NCBI GenBank assembly: GCA_045606425.1
Contig: JAZURV010000013.1
Coordinates: 1,199-65,198 of the forward strand
DNA: 64,000 bases
From: Candidatus Enterousia sp.
GTDB lineage: Bacteria; Pseudomonadota; Alphaproteobacteria; Rs-D84
Direction of reading: 5' to 3'
Position 1 is the stretch's first letter. The number at the start of each line of letters is the position of its first letter. Shown piece by piece: positions 55,692-64,000 of the stretch. The position numbers and the translations under genes were made by a program. A model generated the notes under the pieces. The model made no database searches and was not told the origin of the DNA. It saw nothing but the letters and a program-made list of their open reading frames with translations.

Positions 55692-56315
55692 TTAATCGTC
55701 GATTTTCGCGTATTCACAAAAACCTTCGTTAGTGTCGCAACGCGTGACGATACCTTCGCTGATAAAATATCCCTGGGTGTGCAAACATGCAGGACATACC
55801 TTTGGCGCCTCTGTTCCAATGTGCCAATTTCCACAGTTTGTGCAACGCCACATCACGATTTTATCAGATTTAAATATTGTGCCATTTTCGATTGCTTCTG
55901 CCAGGGCGCGAAAACGCGATTCATGATAACGTTCTGCGTATCCAATGTTTTTCAATACTTCTGCGATTGCTGTAAATCCTTCCTGGGCTGCAATTTGTGC
56001 GAAACGCGGATACATATCTGTGTTTTCTTCGTGTTCACCGTATGCCGCTGCTTTCAGATTTTCCAATGTGTCGCCGATTTTGCCCGCAGGAAATGACGCT
56101 GTGATTTCCAGGTCGCCACCTTCCAGATATTTAAACAGGCGTTCTGCGTGTTCTTTTTCCTGGGCCGCGGTTTCTTCGAATATTTTTCCGATTGCTTCAT
56201 ATCCGTCTTTTTTTGCCTGACTTGCAAAGAAAGTATAACGATTGCGCGCCTGGGATTCGCCGGCAAATGCAATCAGTAAATTTTTTTCAGTTTGGGTTCC
56301 TTTTAATGATACCAT
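55692..56315 (-). CDS. rbr: Rubrerythrin with a short Cys-containing C-terminal extension
   Basis: GTQTEKNL..AFAGESQARNRY, then EE..HA diiron helices and the rubredoxin-like C.NCG ... CP.C. An extra tail of about 20 aa carries 2 Cys. Confidence 0.88.
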   Translation of the reverse strand: MVSLKGTQTEKNLLIAFAGESQARNRYTFFASQAKKDGYEAIGKIFEETAAQEKEHAERLFKYLEGGDLEITASFPAGKIGDTLENLKAAAYGEHEENTDMYPRFAQIAAQEGFTAIAEVLKNIGYAERYHESRFRALAEAIENGTIFKSDKIVMWRCTNCGNWHIGTEAPKVCPACLHTQGYFISEGIVTRCDTNEGFCEYAKIDD

Positions 56316-56382
56316 TTTTTGTTCTCCTTTGTGTTTGTCAATGCCTTGATTCTAGCAGAAAAAACCGAGAAAATCAAAGCGT

Positions 56383-56894
56383 TTATTTTGTTTTGTTTCG
56401 GCACGCAATAGAATGTATCACATCTTTGTATTCGTCATAAAGGCGTACCCCCAAAAATGCGCGTGCAGCCTCTATCGTATTCCCGTATCCCCAACGCGGA
56501 CCAGCGTCTGTATCGTATCGGGCAACGATTAAATCAGCGGTTGGGCCCGTGGACACAAACGGACCATAACAGTTATAGTCAACCCTTTTGGCTTCGTAAT
56601 ATTCAAACAAAGTATTTTCTGTACGGTCTATTTTTTTTATCAGAACAACATCTATATCACGGACGCGTACTATTTCGTATGGAAATTTTGTTTGAATGCG
56701 CCAAAGTCCCGCAACAAAATCCACATTTTCAAGTTTAGCCCCCCGTTTGCCCAAAGTGATTTTTCGTCCGTTTTTGTCGACTGCTTTCGCTGCATAAAGG
56801 TCTTTGCAAAAACAACCTATTTTTACTATTTGTGCTTTGTTTCTGGAAATCCTGGTGCCGTCTTTTGCAATAAAAAAATCAGATAAAGGGTTCA

Positions 56895-56895
<1 letters not shown>
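56383..56895 (-). CDS. Hypothetical 170-aa protein whose start abuts the obg stop
   Basis: The start codon abuts or overlaps the obg stop. No domain recognised. Confidence 0.45.
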
Positions 56896-57938
<1,043 letters not shown>

Positions 57939-57953
57939 TTATAACTTAAAAAC

Positions 57954-57982
57954 TTGCAATTTCCAGTATGAATATTTATAAT
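57954..57982 (+). promoter_or_regulatory. Sigma70-like promoter of ssrA
   Basis: TTGCAA-17 nt-TATAAT. Confidence 0.6.
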
Positions 57983-57989
57983 GTGTTTG

Positions 57990-58305
57990 CTGTGTATAAC
58001 AGTGATGATTCTGAATTCGTTGCGGAATAATCGTTTTGGACTGGGGGGCGGTACCCCACAGCTCCACCACTTTATTCACGGGGCTGACATAGTTTCGACA
58101 GGCGAAGTAAAGGCAAATCGATTGAATCCGGGTTGTTCCGTTATAAACAAACTAAAAACTGAATGGCGATAGAATCGCTGCGAACGATAATGTTCGCTTT
58201 GCAATGGCTGCCTAATATGGCATTGGAATATGTTGGCAATTGTTGATGTATTCCGTTTAGCTTTTGCGGGGTCTGTCGGGTACCTGGCACCAGAAACCCG
58301 GCGTT
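57990..58305 (+). ncRNA. ssrA: tmRNA, circularly permuted two-piece (alphaproteobacterial) form
   Basis: The acceptor piece ends in ...CTGGGGGGCGGTACCCCACAGCTCCACCA (CCA at 58067-58069). Ten nt later the coding piece starts GGGGCTGACATAGTTTCGACAGG (58080). GGGGCUG pairs with CAGCUCC and includes the G3:U pair. The tag ORF GCG AAC GAT AAT GTT CGC TTT GCA ATG GCT GCC TAA (58180-58215) encodes ANDNVRFAMAA. The outer boundaries are approximate. Confidence 0.88.
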
Positions 58306-58333
58306 CGTTGATAAAAATAAAAAGGAAGAAAAA

Positions 58334-58567
58334 ATGTTTGGAAAAATTAAAAAAATATTCTTTACAGGCGTCTTTGGCGTTTTATACATTTCTTATATCG
58401 CACAATTTGTTTATGTTTTAGCGTATTTGGAAGGCTGTCAAAACCAGGTTATTGGTTTGGCATTATTGTCCGTTGAATGGTTGGTTTTGATTGCGGCGCG
58501 TTATTTATCAAAACGTTCCAGCAGTAATGCTCAAAATGGCCATTCGAACGGTTTTCGTCGTCGTTAA
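58334..58567 (+). CDS. Hypothetical small membrane protein (2 TM)
   Basis: AAAGGAAG RBS. Two hydrophobic helices and a basic tail. Confidence 0.4.
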   Translation: MFGKIKKIFFTGVFGVLYISYIAQFVYVLAYLEGCQNQVIGLALLSVEWLVLIAARYLSKRSSSNAQNGHSNGFRRR

Positions 58568-58679
58568 TAGATAATAAAAATTCTGGGAATCCCCTGCCAA
58601 ACGCCGGGGATTTTTTTGTGCAAAAACTTGACTTTTTACGCGTAAAATGCTAGATTTTATCGCAAATAAAGGATACAAA

Positions 58680-59045
58680 ATGAAAGACATCAAAGCAAAT
58701 TACAAATTGGCGTTCTTGATTCCGACAGTGGCATTGTTATTAAGTGGTTGTTCTTCCCGCAATAAAAACATTGTTACACACGCTTCACCAAATCAAATAA
58801 TCATTAAGGACCTTGAGGACGGACAAGAACGTTTGTTCATTAGCCCAAAAGACAGCCTTTTCCAATATTTGCGGGTTAATGATACTGTTGAAATATATGT
58901 TCACGGTAATGCATGCATCAAAGAAGCATATATGCACAGAAGAATTTTTACAAACAGTCAAAATCTTGGCGTCACAGATATGTCACTGGAAAAGGCACTT
59001 TTGCGTTCCATCAAAGAAAATTGGCGAAACACAAAAACAAAATAG
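58680..59045 (+). CDS. Hypothetical lipoprotein
   Basis: Start at MKDIKANYKLAFLIPTVALLLSGCSS (lipobox LLSGC) after AAAGGA. The ORF track start at 58647 is rejected. Confidence 0.55.
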   Translation: MKDIKANYKLAFLIPTVALLLSGCSSRNKNIVTHASPNQIIIKDLEDGQERLFISPKDSLFQYLRVNDTVEIYVHGNACIKEAYMHRRIFTNSQNLGVTDMSLEKALLRSIKENWRNTKTK

Positions 59046-59093
59046 TAAAAAAATTACTCGTTATCCCTGGTTAATCTGGGGATTTTTTTATAT

Positions 59094-59121
59094 CTTGAAA
59101 AACAAATAAAATATTCTATAT
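59094..59121 (+). promoter_or_regulatory. RpoH (sigma32)-type heat-shock promoter of lon
   Basis: CTTGAAA-15 nt-CTATATTT. Hexamers and spacing are identical to the dnaK promoter at 33142-33169. It lies 12 nt upstream of the ATG. Confidence 0.6.
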
Positions 59122-59132
59122 TTATCATTGCT

Positions 59133-60890
59133 ATGAAAGAATATATTTTACCTGTTCGTGATTTAGTTGTTCATCCGAACCTGACGGTGCCGGTGTATGT
59201 CGACAATCCGTTATCTGTTGCCTGTATCGAGGCTGCAACCAACAATCATCAAAGAATCGTTTTGTGCCCACAGCACAGTTGGGCATATCCATCGACGGCT
59301 GATGATATTTTTCATACTGGAACCATCGGCGAAATCGCCCAGGTTTTACACATGCCAGATGGTGCAATTCATGCAATCGTGCGCACAACAAATGTTGTGG
59401 ATTTATCTGATATAATTGTGACAAATGGTATTTATTCGGCAGATATTACCCCAGTTGAAATATTGGACGATTCTGCGTTTGAACAAACGATTGCTTTGCG
59501 TGACAAAGTGCGCGACGCGATGCAGACTTTGTCAAACAGACGCAAATTCAAAATGGAAAAATTACAGGCGATTATCCAGAATTATCCTATGCCAGCGTTC
59601 GTTGATACCGTGATTCAAATGGTTGATATGGATACTGAAATTGCAGTCGAAATATTAAAGATGAAAACATGGCGCGAAAAATTGATGGCGCTGTTGGAAC
59701 AACTGATGTTATCTATCGAAACAGATAAAATTGAGGCAAATATAAATCGTCGCGTTCAAAGCCAAATGGAAAATGGTCAGCGTCAGGCAATCTTGCAAGA
59801 AAAAATGCGCGCAATTCAACGCGAAATGGGCGAAGACGACGAAGAAGTCGATACACAAAGCATACGCAAAAAAATTGAAAATTCTGGTATGCCGATTGAA
59901 GCCAAAGAAAAAGCGATGTCTGAATTAAAGCGTATGCGCGCGATGTCCCCTATGTCCCAGGAAGGCGGGCTGTTAAAAACCTATCTGGACGAATTATTGG
60001 CGATGCCATGGAACAAATATGATGATGCACCGATTGACTTGCAGACTGCGCGCAATGTTTTAGACGCAGAACATTCTGGAATGATGCCGGTCAAAGAACG
60101 CATACTGGAACATATTGCGGTTATGAAAAAGACCGGTAAAAACCGCGGCAGTATTTTGTGCTTTGTCGGCGCGCCGGGTGTTGGTAAAACTTCATTGTGC
60201 AAATCTATTGCGAATGCCCTGTCCCGCAAATATTGCAGAATATCATTGGGTGGAATATCTGACGAAGCACATTTTCGTGGGCACCGCAAAACCTATATCG
60301 GCGCACAGTGTGGGCGTATTATGGACGCATTAAAGCGTTGCAAATCAAATAATCCTGTGATTGTGCTGGATGAAATAGATAAAATGGGACGCGATTGGCG
60401 CGGCGACCCAGAATCCGCGTTGCTGGAAATACTGGACCCAGAACAAAACAAAACTTTCCGTGACCATTATTTGGAAGTGGACTTTGATTTGTCGAATGTT
60501 TTGTTTATTGCAACTTCTAATTCTTTGAACATGTCGTCTGCATTGAAAGACCGTATGGAAATTATCGAAATCCCGGGGTACAGTGAAAAAGAAAAAATCC
60601 AAATTGCCCGTGAACATTTAATTAAACGCGCTGCCGAAGATACTGGTTGGGATGTGAACAATATTGTTATTTCTGATGAAGCGATTGCGCATATAATTCG
60701 CACATTTACATCTGAACAAGGTGTTCGCGAATTACAACGCGAAATCGCAGCGATGTTACGACGCAGTTTGTTGCAAAACGATGGCAACGACATAAAAACA
60801 GAATTTACAATCGATAAAATAAACGAATTGTTGTCTGTACATAAAAACGCAAATATGTCGAACAAAATCGGATTCAGCGCACGATTATAA
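59133..60890 (+). CDS. lon: Lon-like AAA+ protein: LON N-domain plus ATPase, no S16 protease domain
   Basis: N-terminal LPVRD.VV.P......V. Walker A GAPGVGKTS, Walker B VIVLDEIDKM, DRMEIIEIPGY and GVRELQREI. The ORF stops after 585 aa, where the protease domain (GLAWT...) normally begins. tsaB starts 12 nt later. Confidence 0.85.
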   Translation: MKEYILPVRDLVVHPNLTVPVYVDNPLSVACIEAATNNHQRIVLCPQHSWAYPSTADDIFHTGTIGEIAQVLHMPDGAIHAIVRTTNVVDLSDIIVTNGIYSADITPVEILDDSAFEQTIALRDKVRDAMQTLSNRRKFKMEKLQAIIQNYPMPAFVDTVIQMVDMDTEIAVEILKMKTWREKLMALLEQLMLSIETDKIEANINRRVQSQMENGQRQAILQEKMRAIQREMGEDDEEVDTQSIRKKIENSGMPIEAKEKAMSELKRMRAMSPMSQEGGLLKTYLDELLAMPWNKYDDAPIDLQTARNVLDAEHSGMMPVKERILEHIAVMKKTGKNRGSILCFVGAPGVGKTSLCKSIANALSRKYCRISLGGISDEAHFRGHRKTYIGAQCGRIMDALKRCKSNNPVIVLDEIDKMGRDWRGDPESALLEILDPEQNKTFRDHYLEVDFDLSNVLFIATSNSLNMSSALKDRMEIIEIPGYSEKEKIQIAREHLIKRAAEDTGWDVNNIVISDEAIAHIIRTFTSEQGVRELQREIAAMLRRSLLQNDGNDIKTEFTIDKINELLSVHKNANMSNKIGFSARL

Positions 60891-60901
60891 GGGGATATAA
60901 A

Positions 60902-61432
60902 ATGATTTTGGTTATAAATACTTCTGGTAATGGTGTTGATTTGTTGTTGGACGACAAATTGGCGCATTTTGATGCGACAAAACAGGCAATTACATTGCCG
61001 ATTGCAGTGAATGATTTTATGACACAAAACAATATCAAAATGTCTGATTTGACCGCCATAGGTGTTATTGTGGGCCCGGGCAGTTTTACTGGTATCCGCA
61101 TGGGAATTGCCTATGCCAAAGGTTTGGCGATTGGGTTAAACATACCTGTTGTTGGCGTGAATTTGTTTGAATTATATCTTTATGAAAACCCAGATGCATT
61201 TGTTGCAATAGATTCTGGGCGCGGCGATTTCTTCGTTGCATCAAAAATTCATGAACCCTGCACAATGAGTATTGAAGAAGTTGAAACAGAACAAATGAAA
61301 TGTCCGTCAACAGTTGGACATAAACCCTACAATCTGCAATATGCAAAAGATATTGCTGAAAACAAAATAAAAAACGGAAAAATCGAACCTGTAATTCCAA
61401 TGTATTTGCGCCCCAGTTATGCCGAAAAATAA
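60902..61432 (+). CDS. tsaB: tRNA threonylcarbamoyladenosine biosynthesis protein TsaB (short)
   Basis: ILVINTS, then GPGSFTGIRMGIAYAKGLA. Located upstream of rimI as usual. Confidence 0.85.
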   Translation: MILVINTSGNGVDLLLDDKLAHFDATKQAITLPIAVNDFMTQNNIKMSDLTAIGVIVGPGSFTGIRMGIAYAKGLAIGLNIPVVGVNLFELYLYENPDAFVAIDSGRGDFFVASKIHEPCTMSIEEVETEQMKCPSTVGHKPYNLQYAKDIAENKIKNGKIEPVIPMYLRPSYAEK

Positions 61433-61818
61433 TGTTCAATGAATTAGCAAATCTTCATAAAAAATGTTTTCCATCTAAACCTTGGTCGGCAGATGATTTT
61501 CGTGATTTAAAAAAATCAGGATGCGAAATTATCGTGTCGCAAAACGGGTTTATAGTCTATCGCGTTGCGGTTGACGAAGCGGAAATAATAACCATAGGCG
61601 TTAACCCAGAAATGCGCCGAAACGGTATAGCGTCCGCCATGATTGCAATTGTTGAAAAAACAATTAAAAATCAAGGTGTTAAAAAGTTGTTTTTAGAAGT
61701 TGCTGCAAATAATACCCCCGGTAAAAAGTTATATGAAAATTGTGGGTTTAATGTGGTTGGTTTGCGCCCAAAATACTATGACGGTGTTGATGCAATTTTA
61801 ATGTCCAAAGACATATAA
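61432..61818 (+). CDS. rimI: Ribosomal-protein-alanine N-acetyltransferase RimI (GNAT)
   Basis: GV.PE.RR.GIAS.M and LEV...N..... Y...GF GNAT motifs. 128 aa. It overlaps the tsaB stop. Confidence 0.8.
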   Translation: MFNELANLHKKCFPSKPWSADDFRDLKKSGCEIIVSQNGFIVYRVAVDEAEIITIGVNPEMRRNGIASAMIAIVEKTIKNQGVKKLFLEVAANNTPGKKLYENCGFNVVGLRPKYYDGVDAILMSKDI

Positions 61819-61819
61819 T

Positions 61820-63097
61820 TTATTCTTTTATAAAATCCAAAATTCGTTCATCAAAAATAACATCGCGCGATGTCAGCGGTTTAACAATGTGCATGTCGTT
61901 TGCATGCCGTGTTCGCGATAGTGCTACATAGGTTTGACCGTGTGCAAATGCGCCACGCGAAATATCTATGATTACTTTCGATAATGTTTTCCCCTGGGAT
62001 TTGTGTATTGTCATCGCATATCCCAGCATCAGTGGAAATTGTTTGTATGAACCAATTTCATTTTCAACTATACGGTCATTTTCGTCGCGCGCGTATTCTA
62101 TTTTTTGCCATTTTTCTGGTTTAACAACAACAATATCGGATTTGTTATCGTCTAACAATTGCACAATTATTTCGCGTGCGTTTAATTGTTCGACAACCCC
62201 AACGGAACCGTTGTGCCATTTATCGCCGTTTTTAACAAACATAACCAACGCGCCCTGCTTTAATCGCAATTCCAGTGGCGCCGGCACATCGTTAGTATTA
62301 AAATTACCAGAAACGACACCGTTGTACACAATTTCAGGCGCATTTATTTCGTTCAGCCTTTGCGTGTTTATGCGTTCTGCGACACTGCGAAAAGGCGTTA
62401 TTATAACCGCGTTTTTACGACATGTTTCGTCATCTATACGACACTGATTAAAGAATTCAACAGCCGATGCATCGTTATCTCGCAACCGCATCAAATTTTT
62501 CAACAACGCGTCATCACTTTGTCGATAGACAGTATTAAAATCGAATTTTATAAAATTTGCGCGCTTATAAACATTAGAATCAAAAAAGTATGCGTTTTTA
62601 TGTTCATAGGCATCTTGATAGTACTGTTCTGCGTCGCGCGTTATTACAGGCGGTAATTGAAACATATCACCAATTGCGACAACCTGAATTCCACCAAAAG
62701 GTTCATTATTATGACGCGCGGCGCGTGCCAAGATGTCGATTGCATCCAATAAATCAGGGGCAACCATTGAAATTTCGTCAATCACTAACACATCAGTTGC
62801 ATTTAAAATATTGCGCGGTTTGGCTTTCAGTTTTAGCAATTCCGGCATGATAAAATCGCGTGGTTGAATCTGAAAAAGCGAATGTATCGTCTGACCGCCA
62901 ATGTTCAACGCAGAAACCGCTGTTGGGCATGCACAGACGATGCGTTTGGCTGATGCTGATTTCAGATATTGTACAAATGTTGATTTCCCGGTTCCTGCCT
63001 GTCCCAGGATTAAAATATTAGAATGCGTGCGTTCAATAGTGTTAAACGCCATCATTTGATTTTCGTTTAATATTGGAACCATTTCTGCCATGCGCAC
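61820..63097 (-). CDS. Pif1/RecD-like superfamily-1B DNA helicase
   Basis: ILGQAGTGKST, VLVIDEISMV, PFGGIQVVAIGDMFQLPPV, MTIHKSQGKT and YVALSRTR are the classic Pif1-family motif order. 425 aa. Confidence 0.85.
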   Translation of the reverse strand: MRMAEMVPILNENQMMAFNTIERTHSNILILGQAGTGKSTFVQYLKSASAKRIVCACPTAVSALNIGGQTIHSLFQIQPRDFIMPELLKLKAKPRNILNATDVLVIDEISMVAPDLLDAIDILARAARHNNEPFGGIQVVAIGDMFQLPPVITRDAEQYYQDAYEHKNAYFFDSNVYKRANFIKFDFNTVYRQSDDALLKNLMRLRDNDASAVEFFNQCRIDDETCRKNAVIITPFRSVAERINTQRLNEINAPEIVYNGVVSGNFNTNDVPAPLELRLKQGALVMFVKNGDKWHNGSVGVVEQLNAREIIVQLLDDNKSDIVVVKPEKWQKIEYARDENDRIVENEIGSYKQFPLMLGYAMTIHKSQGKTLSKVIIDISRGAFAHGQTYVALSRTRHANDMHIVKPLTSRDVIFDERILDFIKE

Positions 63098-63183
63098 ATG
63101 ATTCTATATTTTGCAATAAAAAGCAAGGATTGTAATTTTTATCTTGCAAGTTTGTATAAAAAATATATAATAAGTGTCGCTGT

Positions 63184-63260
63184 GGGCTAATAGCTCAGTT
63201 GGTTAGAGCGGAGCGCTCATAACGCTTTGGTCGTGGGTTCGAGTCCTACTTAGCCCACCA
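63184..63260 (+). tRNA. tRNA with anticodon CAT (elongator Met or lysidine-modified Ile2, not distinguishable here), CCA encoded
   Basis: GGGCTAA-TA-GCTC-AGTTGGTTA-GAGC-G-GAGCG-CTCATAA-CGCTT-TGGTC-GTGGG-TTCGAGT-CCTAC-TTAGCCC-A-CCA. Confidence 0.9.
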
Positions 63261-63267
63261 CAGATTA

Positions 63268-63296
63268 AAAGACCGTCGATTCTGACGGTTTTTTAT
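63268..63296. terminator. Intrinsic terminator after the tRNA (bidirectional)
   Basis: ACCGTC-GATTCT-GACGGT hairpin followed by T6, with AAAA upstream. Confidence 0.75.
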
Positions 63297-64000
63297 TGAC
63301 AATTCAAATATATTCCACTTTGAATAACATCTTTGTTTATCAAACCTTGTATACAAGATTCAACTGTAGAATGTTGAGATGTACTTATCCATCCTGCACT
63401 TAATATACGATAAGAATTTGCAGATATTAACAATTTACCTTCACAATCCCTTTTTGTGGAATCCCAATGAAACTCTCTGTCAGCAAGAACGCAATCACAT
63501 CTTTGTGTCCCGTCCGCATTTTCTTTAAATTTTGCCCCCACGGATTCGCACATATTTCTATTTTTCGATGTTAAATAACATATACCCGTATTCCAATCCC
63601 ACGCATTACCAGCATCACGACAATCACGCTCGGATTCGGCCCCGCACTCTTTTATAACAGGATCCCATTGTGTATTTCTCCAGCGCCATGGATTTTCAAC
63701 AATATCTTGCCTATAACCATCCACAATATCTTGTGTCGTCTCTTCCATAGACATTAGGCCACGTTCAAGCATTTCTAAAATATTTAAGCACTCAAATTTT
63801 TTCTGTTCTGAATTCCAAAAAACCTGCAACCGACTTTTACCGCTTCCTTGTCGTAATACGCATGTGTTATCTATCCATTCTCCTTTCCAATATGTGCAAG
63901 CCTCTTGTTCTGATATTGTGGACAAATCTACATTTCTGTAATTAAGGACGTCTGTGTTGTATGTTTCTTGCGTTAAATTTATGATTGGTGCTTCTTGGAT
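63293..64000 (-). CDS. Cysteine/tryptophan-rich protein, N-terminus outside the window
   Basis: The frame stays open from 63925 to the window edge. 12 Cys in the 210 aa listed, with spacing such as RCDCV......W....RDCEG, similar in style to the 26906-28144 protein. Confidence 0.55.
   Translation of the reverse strand: MQEAPIINLTQETYNTDVLNYRNVDLSTISEQEACTYWKGEWIDNTCVLRQGSGKSRLQVFWNSEQKKFECLNILEMLERGLMSMEETTQDIVDGYRQDIVENPWRWRNTQWDPVIKECGAESERDCRDAGNAWDWNTGICYLTSKNRNMCESVGAKFKENADGTQRCDCVLADREFHWDSTKRDCEGKLLISANSYRILSAGWISTSQHSTVESCIQGLINKDVIQSGIYLNCQ

Noticed and set aside
57981-58389. ORFs 57981-58172 (plus) and 58141-58389 (minus)
   Set aside because: They overlap the tmRNA gene, whose tRNA-like ends and tag frame are clear.

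Overview
64-kb chromosomal window from an AT-rich bacterium that I infer to be an alphaproteobacterium. The basis is a circularly permuted two-piece tmRNA with an ANDN... tag, an alpha-type AddA N-terminus, ybgC-tolQRA and a DUF2155-like gene. Rubrerythrin, PFK and many eukaryote-like Cys-rich or LRR surface proteins suggest an anaerobe-leaning, host-associated lifestyle. Most of the window is housekeeping: rpsA, thyA, tig, rplM-rpsI, argS, ruvB, the tol genes, RNase P RNA, secA, dnaE, rsmH, gpmI, tadA, rsmD, rplY, dnaK, pfk, the rpsP-rimM-trmD-rplS operon, tsaD, xseA, recN, addA, obg, tmRNA, lon, tsaB-rimI and two tRNAs. I saw no transposase, integrase, reverse transcriptase, cas gene or CRISPR array.

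The main things worth a second look:
- Two paralogous, roughly 170-nt structured RNA elements (32885-33050 minus, 53797-53973 plus). They share covarying helices, a conserved 13-nt loop and a terminator/antiterminator design, each sits directly upstream of an ORF, and neither matches an RNA class I recognise.
- A four-gene block after rsmH (23248-28144): a CxxC 4-TM membrane protein, a soluble partner and two very Cys-rich secreted proteins.
- Three tandem copies of the tRNA-Gly 3' end plus terminator hairpin, with structured GC-rich spacers (39230-39845).
- AddA split into helicase and nuclease ORFs, with no adjacent addB.
- A Lon homolog that lacks the whole protease domain but keeps a heat-shock-type promoter identical in design to the dnaK promoter.
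- Two small Cys-containing ORFs wedged into the conserved rpsP-rimM-trmD-rplS operon.

Coordinates of RNA features and regulatory sites are hand-derived and may be off by a few nt. No database search or computation was possible.
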